A DNA stretch of 64,000 nucleotides from a virus: positions 522 through 64,521 of IMG/VR virus record IMGVR_UViG_3300038829_000269. The stretch is one strand, 5' to 3'. Positions 8,966 through 16,828 of the stretch are shown here, piece by piece. The position numbers were made by a program, and so were the translations under genes. The notes beneath the pieces are model-generated. The model saw only the letters and a program-made list of their open reading frames with translations. It searched no databases and had not been told where the DNA came from. Positions within the stretch are counted from its first letter, which is position 1. Each line of letters begins with the position of its first letter.

Positions 8966-9624
8966 CTGCCGACATGATGATGCGGGTGAAGGACCAGGTG
9001 TTGATCGTGCTCGCCGACTACCAGTCGTGCAAACGCGACGAGATCGACGAGCGCCTGGACTTGAATTTCGAGCAGGAGGCCAACCGGATAGCGGCCGAGG
9101 TCGCCAAGCGCGTGATGAGCAACTATAAAATCCTCACCGGAAGGAAAAATGATCTCCCGTTCATGATTTTGGCCCAGGCCGCGATCGAGGTCTACGTCCT
9201 GGACCAGGCCAAAGCCAAGCACGACCCCTGGGTCCTGTCCCGGGACGAGGGCACGCGCATCCGCGCGGCCTACGACATCTCACGGATCATCGAGGCGCGC
9301 GCGGGTAAGGCCCACAAGTTCAGCGTCTGGTCCGGGATCATCTACGGGGCGACGGCCAAGAAGCTGATGCCCAAGCGCAAGGAAGAGGACCGCCATCGCG
9401 GTATTCGCATCCTGATCGCGGCGCCGTCCGCGAAGAAGGCGGTTGAGACCCTGAACGAGGTCCTGGGCTGCAACGAGAACCTGAGCAACTTCCGCGACCA
9501 CTGGTCCGGCGGCGGCACCCTCGGGAACAAGGTGGCGACCAAGATCGGCATCTGGGCCGGGGTCAAGGACGAGCAGTTCGCGCACACCGAGAAGGACTGG
9601 AAGCTGATTTGGGAGCCCAAATGA
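8962..9624 (+). CDS. hypothetical protein
   Basis: Likely start MTADMMM at 8962 (GGAG RBS, ATGA overlap); 220 aa. Confidence 0.65.
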   Translation: MTADMMMRVKDQVLIVLADYQSCKRDEIDERLDLNFEQEANRIAAEVAKRVMSNYKILTGRKNDLPFMILAQAAIEVYVLDQAKAKHDPWVLSRDEGTRIRAAYDISRIIEARAGKAHKFSVWSGIIYGATAKKLMPKRKEEDRHRGIRILIAAPSAKKAVETLNEVLGCNENLSNFRDHWSGGGTLGNKVATKIGIWAGVKDEQFAHTEKDWKLIWEPK

Positions 9625-10166
9625 AGAAGAAAACGGTGATCCTGGAGTTGAGGACGAGCCTGGAGCACGAGATCACCCGCGTCCTGGATAGCAAGGCCAC
9701 GGTCGCGGCGAACCTCCTGAACGAGGACGTTCATCTCGGAGTGCTCGGCGCCCGCTGGACCTGGTGCGGCCTGTCCAAGGTGGTCAAGGTCACGACCGGC
9801 TGCATCTTCTACGTCAACCACAACAAGGACAAGCAGGTGACGTGCAAGAAGTGCCTGGCCCGGATCAAAGAGGGTTCGCCGGTCCCGACCGTGACCAATA
9901 TCCTGGAGATCGCGGTCCAGGAGATGCGCCAGGAGCGCAAGATCAGCCAGGACATCATGACGAAGACGCACAAGCAGATCATGTCGCTCCCCATTTACAC
10001 GGTGACCGTCAGGATGAAGGCGAGCGGAAAGGGCTACTACGAGCGCGAATACGACACGCGCTACCCCGAGGCGATCTCCGGTCAGATCATGGGCATCAGC
10101 CTGAAGACCACCGGGTTCCAGGGCGTGAACGACGCCTACATCGAGGAAGCGGAGAAATCCAAGTGA
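9621..10166 (+). CDS. hypothetical protein with H..C..CxxC Zn site
   Basis: ATGA overlap; VHLG...TWCG...VTCKKCL. Confidence 0.65.
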   Translation: MKKKTVILELRTSLEHEITRVLDSKATVAANLLNEDVHLGVLGARWTWCGLSKVVKVTTGCIFYVNHNKDKQVTCKKCLARIKEGSPVPTVTNILEIAVQEMRQERKISQDIMTKTHKQIMSLPIYTVTVRMKASGKGYYEREYDTRYPEAISGQIMGISLKTTGFQGVNDAYIEEAEKSK

Positions 10167-10858
10167 GCAACAAAGACGATCTCGAAGGAGAGATGGAGTC
10201 GCACCCTGCGTTCGGGCTCGCCCACTTCAACCGCGTGACCTTCGGAGGCGGGTCGAAGCGCCAGCGCCGCCTGTTCGGCAGCAGCATCGACAGCCTTGGG
10301 GCGATCACGCTCACGATCAGCAACTGCCGCGTCCAGCACAGCCTTGGCTCCGACCACTACTACGACGACAAGGAGATCATCCAGGTCGAGATGACCGAGG
10401 CCCAGTTCGCCTCTCTGATCTCGACGCTGAACCAGGGCCAAGGCGTCCCGGTCACGATCCGACACATCCAGCACAAGCGGATGCCGGAGCTTCCCGAGTC
10501 CAAGGTCGAGGCGATCAAGATCAGGGACACGTTCCACGAGCGCCTTGAGGCGTGGAAGAAGCAGATGAACACGATCACCGATGAGGTCGACGCGATCACG
10601 TCGAAGAAGGGCGCACTCACCGTCGCGGAGAAGGAGCGGATCAAGGAGTTGACGACCAAGCTGGTCCACAGGATGCAGGACAGCAGCGGGTTCCTCCTCG
10701 ACCAATTCAACGAGAGCATGACCGGGATCGTGGCCGAGGCCAAGACCGAGGTCGAGGGGTTCATCAACAACGCGATACAGAAGACCGGGCTCAAGGCGCT
10801 CCAGGGCCAGGCCGTGAACCTGCTTGGCCTGGACACGCCGAAGAAGGACGGAGAATAG
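10163..10858 (+). CDS. conserved phage hypothetical protein (HPAFG...LFGS...EMxEAQFA...GxGVPVTI type)
   Basis: GTG start overlapping the previous TGA; globular N-half, coiled-coil C-half; motif pattern recalled from phage/plasmid hypotheticals. Confidence 0.7.
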   Translation: MSNKDDLEGEMESHPAFGLAHFNRVTFGGGSKRQRRLFGSSIDSLGAITLTISNCRVQHSLGSDHYYDDKEIIQVEMTEAQFASLISTLNQGQGVPVTIRHIQHKRMPELPESKVEAIKIRDTFHERLEAWKKQMNTITDEVDAITSKKGALTVAEKERIKELTTKLVHRMQDSSGFLLDQFNESMTGIVAEAKTEVEGFINNAIQKTGLKALQGQAVNLLGLDTPKKDGE

Positions 10859-10860
10859 CC

Positions 10861-11436
10861 ATGCGAATGAGACTCGTGATCGAAGTTCCGCTCGCGACGC
10901 CCGAGGGCCAGGACCCCGGCGACTTCCACCCCAACCTGCAATACGACACCCAGCAGGTCGACCGGACGCTGCCCCAGGACGCGATCATCATCTCCTCCGA
11001 ATACGTCACGACGCCAGAGGACATGAAGGCCACGTTCAAGAAGCTGCTGCGCCTGAAGCTGGAGGGCGGACCGCTGCGCGGGTTCAAGAGCAGTGGCTAC
11101 TACTCCAAGGGGGACGAGGACGCCCCGTTCTACTCCGAGTCCTACCTCTACAACCTGTTGGGCAAGGAGGACGCGCGCACCGTCCTCGGCTACCTGAACC
11201 ACCTGGCGAAGATGGCGGGTCTCGACCTCTATGCGATCCAGCGCGAGGTCTCGGCCGAGATCGCGGCTGAGGAGAGGGCGGAGGCCGAGCGCAAGGAGCG
11301 CGTGGCCAAGCGCCGGGCCCTGGTCGATGAGGTCGCGGCCAAGCACGGGTGGAAGCGGGACCCTAACAGGCTCCTCGGCTACCCTGACGAGCAGTGGCAG
11401 AAGATCAAGGCCGAGTTGAAGGGGGCTGGGCTCTAA
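10861..11436 (+). CDS. hypothetical protein
   Basis: 191 aa, GGAG RBS. Confidence 0.7.
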   Translation: MRMRLVIEVPLATPEGQDPGDFHPNLQYDTQQVDRTLPQDAIIISSEYVTTPEDMKATFKKLLRLKLEGGPLRGFKSSGYYSKGDEDAPFYSESYLYNLLGKEDARTVLGYLNHLAKMAGLDLYAIQREVSAEIAAEERAEAERKERVAKRRALVDEVAAKHGWKRDPNRLLGYPDEQWQKIKAELKGAGL

Positions 11437-11921
11437 TGGTCCTCCAAATCGTCGACACCTGCCCGGCCTGCGGCTCCTCGTCGTTCAACAAGAACGACAA
11501 GTGCTACTCCTGCGGGTTTAATCCGAAGAAGGCCTGCGCGTCCTGTGACTACGCGCTGGACGGGCGCGGGCGCTGCGCCCGGTGTTACAGCGCGGACCCG
11601 CAGAGCCTGGAGGCCATGAAGTGGGTGAGCATCATCTGGACCATGTGCTCGGTGCACGGGGCGATGGAGGCCGGGGGCAAGGAGACGCACTTCCACGTCT
11701 CCTGGACGACTCCGAACGCCAAGGACAAGCGGAAGAAGGACGGACACAGCGAGTGGCGCCACCGGTGCCGCGCGTGCATGGCCGTGAACAACGCCACTGG
11801 CTCGTTCGACTGGAGGCTGGCGGAGAGCGCGATCACCTATCGGGACAAGATCATGATCCCGCGCGAGGTCTACCAGCCGCTGATCGACGCGAAGCTCGCC
11901 GCGTTCAGAGATGAGTCATGA
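11436..11921 (+). CDS. multi-Zn-ribbon hypothetical protein
   Basis: TAATG coupling; CPAC, CYSC, CASC, CARC, CSVH, CRAC. Confidence 0.7.
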   Translation: MVLQIVDTCPACGSSSFNKNDKCYSCGFNPKKACASCDYALDGRGRCARCYSADPQSLEAMKWVSIIWTMCSVHGAMEAGGKETHFHVSWTTPNAKDKRKKDGHSEWRHRCRACMAVNNATGSFDWRLAESAITYRDKIMIPREVYQPLIDAKLAAFRDES

Positions 11922-12481
11922 ACATCTTCTACTCGTCGGACCACCACTTCTTCCACAAGAACATCCTCAAGTATTGCCCGCGCCCGTGGAACACGATCGA
12001 GGAGATGAACGAGGGGATGATCCAGCGCTGGAACTCGGTGGTCGGGCCCGACGACGTGGTCTACTACCTCGGGGACTTCGCGTTCGGCTCCGTCGAGAAG
12101 CAGCGCGCTATCATCGTGCGCCTCAACGGCCAGAAGATCATCGTGCGCGGCAACCACGATCGCGGGCACGAGAACCTGAAGGCGATCGGGTTTCAGGCCT
12201 CCTGCAACTCGATGGAGCGCGACGACGGCGGGCGCCGCTGGCTCCTGATCCACAACCCGGCGGACGCGGCGGGGACCGGGCACGGGAACGTGATCTGCGG
12301 ACACGTCCACCAGCACTGGGCGCGCCAGACCAACTACATGCGCCAGGGCATGGACGTGATCAACGTGGGGGTCGACGTGCGCGACTTCACGCCCAGGACT
12401 ATGGCAGAGCTTTTGGCCGCACCAGCCACACCCGACATGATAGACGCCGTTCCGGCCCGCCATCGCGGCCGAGGAGAGTAG
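11918..12481 (+). CDS. calcineurin-like metallophosphoesterase
   Basis: SDHHFFH, LGDF, GNHD, LIH.P, GHVH, INVGVD motifs. Confidence 0.92.
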   Translation: MNIFYSSDHHFFHKNILKYCPRPWNTIEEMNEGMIQRWNSVVGPDDVVYYLGDFAFGSVEKQRAIIVRLNGQKIIVRGNHDRGHENLKAIGFQASCNSMERDDGGRRWLLIHNPADAAGTGHGNVICGHVHQHWARQTNYMRQGMDVINVGVDVRDFTPRTMAELLAAPATPDMIDAVPARHRGRGE

Positions 12482-12483
12482 AG

Positions 12484-12879
12484 ATGACCACGACAGCGGA
12501 GCGTATCTTCGCACGACGTAAAGAGGACGCGATCGGCAAGGTCCAGTGGAGGCTCGCCAGCCACCACCCCGAGTCGGTCGTGAGCATGATCAAGGAGGTT
12601 GAGACCAAGCTGCACGGGTCTACCGCCCTGGTTAGGAACACGGCGATGGACGGAGTGCTCCGCGCGGCGGCCGAGGAGATCGTGAACCAGGTGCAGAAGG
12701 ACCTGGGCCTCGGCGCCACGCGGATCATCTACAAGGCCAAGAAGAGGAGCGGCGGGGGTGGCGCCGGGCGCCCGCCGGGCGTCCTGCACTGGACCCAGAA
12801 GCCCGAGAACAAGAAGCGGGTGAAGGCCGCGCTCCGCAAGGCGAACAAGGCCAAGGCCGCGAAGAAGGCGGGGGCCTGA
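12484..12879 (+). CDS. basic putative DNA-binding protein
   Basis: GAGGAG RBS; C-terminus KAKKRSGGGGAGRPPG...HWTQKPE...K/A-rich tail. Confidence 0.65.
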   Translation: MTTTAERIFARRKEDAIGKVQWRLASHHPESVVSMIKEVETKLHGSTALVRNTAMDGVLRAAAEEIVNQVQKDLGLGATRIIYKAKKRSGGGGAGRPPGVLHWTQKPENKKRVKAALRKANKAKAAKKAGA

Positions 12880-13034
12880 TGCTCGACGGCTCGCCCGCGC
12901 AGTTGGAGATCACCGAGATCATGAAGCAGGTTCCAGAGCTTCCGATGGTCACGGTCATCTCGCTGCCGGGCGGGCCGGTTCAGCGCATGTTCCTGAAGAA
13001 GCACCTCGAACTTTTGCCGTGGGAGAAAATCTGA
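12879..13034 (+). CDS. small hypothetical protein (51 aa)
   Basis: Not in the ORF track; TGATG coupling at both ends (MLDGSPAQLEITEIMKQ...PWEKI). Confidence 0.55.
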   Translation: MLDGSPAQLEITEIMKQVPELPMVTVISLPGGPVQRMFLKKHLELLPWEKI

Positions 13035-13879
13035 TGACCAGAACCTTGACGCCGCTGCCGATCGTGTCGGAAGAGATCGCGAACTCCGACGGCTACAAGA
13101 AGCTGCTGGAGTCAGTGGAGCACGATCACAAACAGTCGCCCGGCTTCCACGACTACAACGCTAAGCTCGCCTGGGTCCTGGACCGCGCGAAGCACTATGC
13201 TGAGAAGACCGGCCTGTCCCAGGTCGACATCCTGAACTCGTGGGAGAAGCTGCGCGACTACTGGTATATGAACTACTACCAGGACGCTAACCTCCCGCTG
13301 ATCGAGGGCGAGCGGGTCAAAGTGTTCGACGTGGTCGAGGACCTGCACAAGTCCGTCGCCGGGTTCGGATTCCGCTGCCCGGCCTGCGACGGCGCGTCGC
13401 GCGATCCCTACGCCTGCGACTCCGGCATCAAGATGAAGGTGACCAAGGGCAAGGGGAAGAAGGCCAAGCTCGTGGACAGCGACAAAGTCTGCGACTGGAA
13501 GGTATACGGCCTGCTCGGCGACCTGGGCAAGGGCGTCTACGTCTTCGTCAAGTCGGAGATGCGCGGCCAGCGCGTGTTCAAGCCCATCGCGTGGGAGACC
13601 GAGGAGGAGCGCGCGGCCAAGCCCAAGCTCAAGCCGCTGCCGAAGAAGGAGCCCGAGACCACCAAGCCGCCGATCTCCGAGACCTCGGCCGCCGGGTTCC
13701 AGATCAACGACGAGGTCGGCTACAAATCGTCGCTCAAGGACACCGAGTTCCAACACGTCGGCAAGATCAGGAGCGTCCACCCCGAGGGCATCCCCTCGTC
13801 GAAGGAGCCGATGCTCAAGATCGAGGGCAAGTCGGGCGTCGTCCTCGCGTCGCACTGCACGCTGCTCAAGAGAGGCTAA
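13034..13879 (+). CDS. hypothetical phage protein with Zn site and C-terminal small beta domain
   Basis: YWYMNYYQ, FRCPAC, CDWKVYGL motifs; Pro/Lys linker followed by FQINDEV...GKI beta domain. Confidence 0.72.
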   Translation: MTRTLTPLPIVSEEIANSDGYKKLLESVEHDHKQSPGFHDYNAKLAWVLDRAKHYAEKTGLSQVDILNSWEKLRDYWYMNYYQDANLPLIEGERVKVFDVVEDLHKSVAGFGFRCPACDGASRDPYACDSGIKMKVTKGKGKKAKLVDSDKVCDWKVYGLLGDLGKGVYVFVKSEMRGQRVFKPIAWETEEERAAKPKLKPLPKKEPETTKPPISETSAAGFQINDEVGYKSSLKDTEFQHVGKIRSVHPEGIPSSKEPMLKIEGKSGVVLASHCTLLKRG

Positions 13880-13883
13880 GACC

Positions 13884-14366
13884 ATGGCGACCAAGACCGG
13901 GACTCCGATGTGCCCGAAGTGCGTGAAGACGATGAAGGAGAACAAGGACTGGTATCAGTGCGACTACCACATCGTGGCTGGCGACAGCGGCGAGTGCCTG
14001 ACCCATCCGGTGATCACCAACCCGCGCGTCGTCCGCACGCTCAAGACGCTGCGCGCCTGGTCCTTGGACCCGGCGGGCACCAAGATGACCGTCGGCTCCC
14101 CGACCTACGGGATGTCCAAGGTCGTGATGCACACGGGCGGCGGCCATATCCACGAGCGCAACGCCTACCTGAGCCTCTTCGACTACGAGAGGCCGTTCGT
14201 CGATCTGCTGGTCGAACTCGGATACGTCTCCCGGCACAAGGGGACGCGCACGCCCGAGGAGACGACGCCCACGACCCTGACCGTGAACAAGTCTGGGGAC
14301 GAACTGATCCGGCAGAGCTTGCTCTTGGCCGAGGTCAGAAACGACAAGAGCCCGTTGACCCCGTGA
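13884..14366 (+). CDS. hypothetical protein (N-terminal Zn ribbon, possible winged-helix C-terminus)
   Basis: CPKC...WYQCDYH; LVELGYVS...LTVN.SG. Confidence 0.62.
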   Translation: MATKTGTPMCPKCVKTMKENKDWYQCDYHIVAGDSGECLTHPVITNPRVVRTLKTLRAWSLDPAGTKMTVGSPTYGMSKVVMHTGGGHIHERNAYLSLFDYERPFVDLLVELGYVSRHKGTRTPEETTPTTLTVNKSGDELIRQSLLLAEVRNDKSPLTP

Positions 14367-14402
14367 GCTAATTTGTAGAATCTTTGTCAAGAGGTGATGA
14401 CC

Positions 14403-15170
14403 ATGGGACTTTTCGACTTCTGGAAGCGACGGCGCGAGGGCTCCGAACGCGCGGGCCTGCTCAGCAGCCCGGCTCAGGGGGACAAGAACCGCTACCTGGC
14501 GAGCACCGCCGGGAGCAAGGGGCTCATGGCTCTGCGCGTCAGCGGCTTCGACCTGCTGACCGGCGCCCAGCACCCGCTGGTCCACGCCCGGTTCATCGGG
14601 CGCCGGGGCCCGGACGGCCAGATCGAGTTCCGGCAGGCGACGGCGGTCCAGGCCCGCGCCTGGGCCTTGTCGATCAACGCCCTGGAGAAGGTCGCGGGCC
14701 CATTCAGGAAGACCGTGCTCAAGAGCGGCGGGACCATCGTGGTGTCGGCCGACGTGAACGTGCAGTCGGACGCCGGGTTCATGGGCCGGGTCCGCGCCCT
14801 GATCGACAGCCTGGTCCAGCGCTACTTCACGCGCTCGACCAAGGTCGAGAACGCGATCGACACCGTGGAGCAGAAGCTCCGGGCGCCGGAGATGGGCGAG
14901 GAGGATCGTGTGATCCCCGCCTACTCGATGGGTAACCTATTCCAGGGCCGCTATCACGGGAAGGACCCGCAGACCGGGCGCATGACCCTGTTCAATGAGC
15001 AATCGTTCGCCGTCGAGATCAGGGGCGTGGACTCCGATGTCCTGGACGCGGTGGCCGACTCGATCCGCTCCTCGTTCAACCAGTATGCCGTGCTCGTGAT
15101 CAACGACAATGAGGGGCAGGTCTACCTGATCGAGCAGGATCAGCAGAAGGAAGCACCGGCCCAGGGATGA
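14403..15170 (+). CDS. hypothetical protein with C-terminal DUF3574/SAM-lyase-like motif
   Basis: GAGGTG RBS; G.Y.G...FNEQSFAVEI...VA..I...FNQYAVLV. Confidence 0.6.
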   Translation: MGLFDFWKRRREGSERAGLLSSPAQGDKNRYLASTAGSKGLMALRVSGFDLLTGAQHPLVHARFIGRRGPDGQIEFRQATAVQARAWALSINALEKVAGPFRKTVLKSGGTIVVSADVNVQSDAGFMGRVRALIDSLVQRYFTRSTKVENAIDTVEQKLRAPEMGEEDRVIPAYSMGNLFQGRYHGKDPQTGRMTLFNEQSFAVEIRGVDSDVLDAVADSIRSSFNQYAVLVINDNEGQVYLIEQDQQKEAPAQG

Positions 15171-15277
15171 GCATGAGCGCAGGGACGTATCAGGCGGTTC
15201 GCAAGATCATCGCCAGGATCAAGAAGCACGGGGCGAAGCGACCCTGGTTCGGTGAATCAAAATTTGGAGGAAAGCCT

Positions 15278-15577
15278 ATGCAGACCACGACCAAACCCAT
15301 CAGCCAGGCTGAGATGGCCCGGCACGCCGCGAAGCTCGATCTCGCCTATCGCGAAGAGTTCGACGCCAAGATCAAGGAGCGCAAGGAACTCGGCTTCACG
15401 ATCAACGACATGTCGATCCTCACCGGCTGGACGAAGACCTACTTCTTCCGGCTGATCAAGGACAAGCGCATCCCGAAGCCGGACCGGCACGGCAAGAACC
15501 ACACGCTGCGCTGGCCCGAGGATCGCGCGCGCGTCGTGATCGCGTTCTATCAGCAGCAGCAGGGGAAGTTCTCCTGA
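15278..15577 (+). CDS. AlpA/excisionase-like HTH DNA-binding protein (in-frame upstream ATG at 15167 also possible)
   Basis: GGAGG RBS before 15278; FTINDMSILTGWTKTYFFRLIKDKRIPKP...LRW matches the AlpA-type winged HTH. Confidence 0.72.
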   Translation: MQTTTKPISQAEMARHAAKLDLAYREEFDAKIKERKELGFTINDMSILTGWTKTYFFRLIKDKRIPKPDRHGKNHTLRWPEDRARVVIAFYQQQQGKFS

Positions 15578-15580
15578 TTC

Positions 15581-15589
15581 TGGTATAAT
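15581..15589 (+). promoter_or_regulatory. extended -10 promoter (TGgTATAAT)
   Basis: Perfect TATAAT at 15584-15589 with TG at 15581, in a high-GC genome; no clear -35. Confidence 0.5.
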
Positions 15590-15593
15590 CTGC

Positions 15594-15682
15594 TTCCTCA
15601 TCGGCCCGGGTTGCTCCCTGCGATCTCGTGACCAAAAGTGAGGAAAAAGGCCTCGATCGACGATGATCGAGGCCTTCGTTTT
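15594..15682 (+). ncRNA. candidate small RNA (about 90 nt)
   Basis: Lies between the extended -10 and a terminator; TTCCTCA/TGAGGAA closes a 5' stem; no ORF. Confidence 0.3.
15644..15682. terminator. probably bidirectional intrinsic terminator
   Basis: 12-bp perfect stem AAGGCCTCGATC (15647-15658) / GATCGAGGCCTT (15665-15676); A-run before, CGTTTT after. Confidence 0.7.
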
Positions 15683-15760
15683 GCCACCTAGCCCATCGTA
15701 AACCTGTCAAGTAAAAAGAAAGTAAAAAATTTTCTCGACGAGGAATTGGGTTGAGCATGT

Positions 15761-15840
15761 CGAAAACAGCCCGTTTTCGGTCATTCTGAAAATGGTCATC
15801 TGTTATACTTGTGGTAGATGTTCATACTACAGTATCAACA
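15761..15840 (+). promoter_or_regulatory. promoter/operator region of the histone gene
   Basis: AT-rich island; TGtTATACT at 15801-15809; inverted repeats CGAAAAC-N5-GTTTTCG (15761-15779) and ATACT-ac-AGTAT (15824-15835); direct repeat GGTCAT x2. Confidence 0.55.
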
Positions 15841-15850
15841 GGAGGACAGA

Positions 15851-16075
15851 ATGGCTCGACTACTCTACGTTCAGAAATCCAAGGTCCGGCGGTTCATCAA
15901 CGAGCGCGGGATGAAGGTGTCGAAGTCCTACATCGACGCGCTCGACCGCGAGGTGATGATCCTCATGGAGAAGCACCTGCGGATCGCGAAGGCCGACCGA
16001 CGCAAGACCGTGATGGTCGTGGACATCGACCTGCCCGCCAAGATCGCGAGCCTGTCTCGCGATCTCAAGAGGTAG
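15851..16075 (+). CDS. bacterial-type histone-fold protein (Bd0055/HBb-like), 74 aa
   Basis: AGGAGG RBS. MARLLYVQKSKVRRFINERGMKVSKSYIDALDREVMILMEKHLRIAKADRRKTVMVVDI: alpha1 (SKVRRFI), L1 (GMKVS), short alpha2, L2 RKTV with RD clamp (RKTVxxxD). Confidence 0.88.
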   Translation: MARLLYVQKSKVRRFINERGMKVSKSYIDALDREVMILMEKHLRIAKADRRKTVMVVDIDLPAKIASLSRDLKR

Positions 16076-16078
16076 CCC

Positions 16079-16750
16079 ATGGGTGCTGACAAGGTCTATG
16101 CCTGGGAGCATCGTCAGTTCAAGTGGCACTACGCGGTGAAGATCGCGTATGAGCACCGGCGCCGCGTGGCCGTCGACCTGGCCAAGCGCTTCGGGATCAA
16201 GGACCTGCGCGTCGACCTGGACACGCGCGGCGGCGGCCGGGCGTTCGTCATGCAGCGGCGGATCAGGCTCCCGTCCTGGAGGCATAGCTGCTCTCTCGGC
16301 CTGATCCTGCACGAGATCGCGCACGTCTACGACTGGATTCACCTGGAGGGGAACGGGCACCGCGCGACCTTCAAGAAGTGCATGATCAAGCTCGCGATTG
16401 AGACCAGGGCTATGCGCTACCTGCCGCCGATCTTCGCCCAGATCAGGGCGGAGGAGGCCGCGCGCTTCGCCCAGGTCAGGAAGGGCCACGTCCGGGCCCA
16501 GAAGGCCCAGGCCGCCGCGCAGAGGGCCGTGGACAGGCGCCTGGCGCTCAAGGAGCGGAAGAAGACACCGGAGTGGCGCCTGGAGCGCGCGCGGGCCAGG
16601 GTCAAGGCCCTGGGCACCAGGATCAAGCGGTTGCAGACCGCCCAGCGCAAGGCGGAGCGCCAGGCCCGGGGTCTGGAGCGCGTGGTGGCCCGTCGTGTAT
16701 CAGAATCGGCGGGAAGTGATACGCTCGCGGTCGAAGTGTCTCACGCCTGA
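16079..16750 (+). CDS. SprT-like zinc metalloprotease with long basic C-terminal helix
   Basis: GGRA....RIRL...LILHEIAH...GH...FK (HExxH plus distal His); Arg/Lys/Ala-rich helical tail. Confidence 0.75.
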   Translation: MGADKVYAWEHRQFKWHYAVKIAYEHRRRVAVDLAKRFGIKDLRVDLDTRGGGRAFVMQRRIRLPSWRHSCSLGLILHEIAHVYDWIHLEGNGHRATFKKCMIKLAIETRAMRYLPPIFAQIRAEEAARFAQVRKGHVRAQKAQAAAQRAVDRRLALKERKKTPEWRLERARARVKALGTRIKRLQTAQRKAERQARGLERVVARRVSESAGSDTLAVEVSHA

Positions 16751-16751
16751 T

Positions 16752-16820
16752 ACAAAAGAAAACCCGCCCAGTGTGCCCCCGGGTCGATCGACCGCGAGTC
16801 CGGGGCGCAGGGCGGGTGTG
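16752..16820 (-). terminator. long GC stem-loop terminator at the convergence of the two gene blocks
   Basis: ACCCGCCC (16762-16769) / GGGCGGGT (16810-16817) with inner stems, followed on the - strand by TTTTCTTTT. Confidence 0.75.
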
Positions 16821-16828
16821 TTGCCCAG

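Noticed and set aside
14355-14381. TTGACC...TAGAAT possible promoter for the 14403 gene
   Set aside because: The spacer is only 15 nt and there is no extended -10; too weak to call.
15690-15730. - strand TTGACA preceded by an A/T tract (UP-element-like)
   Set aside because: No acceptable -10 hexamer at 16-18 nt spacing.
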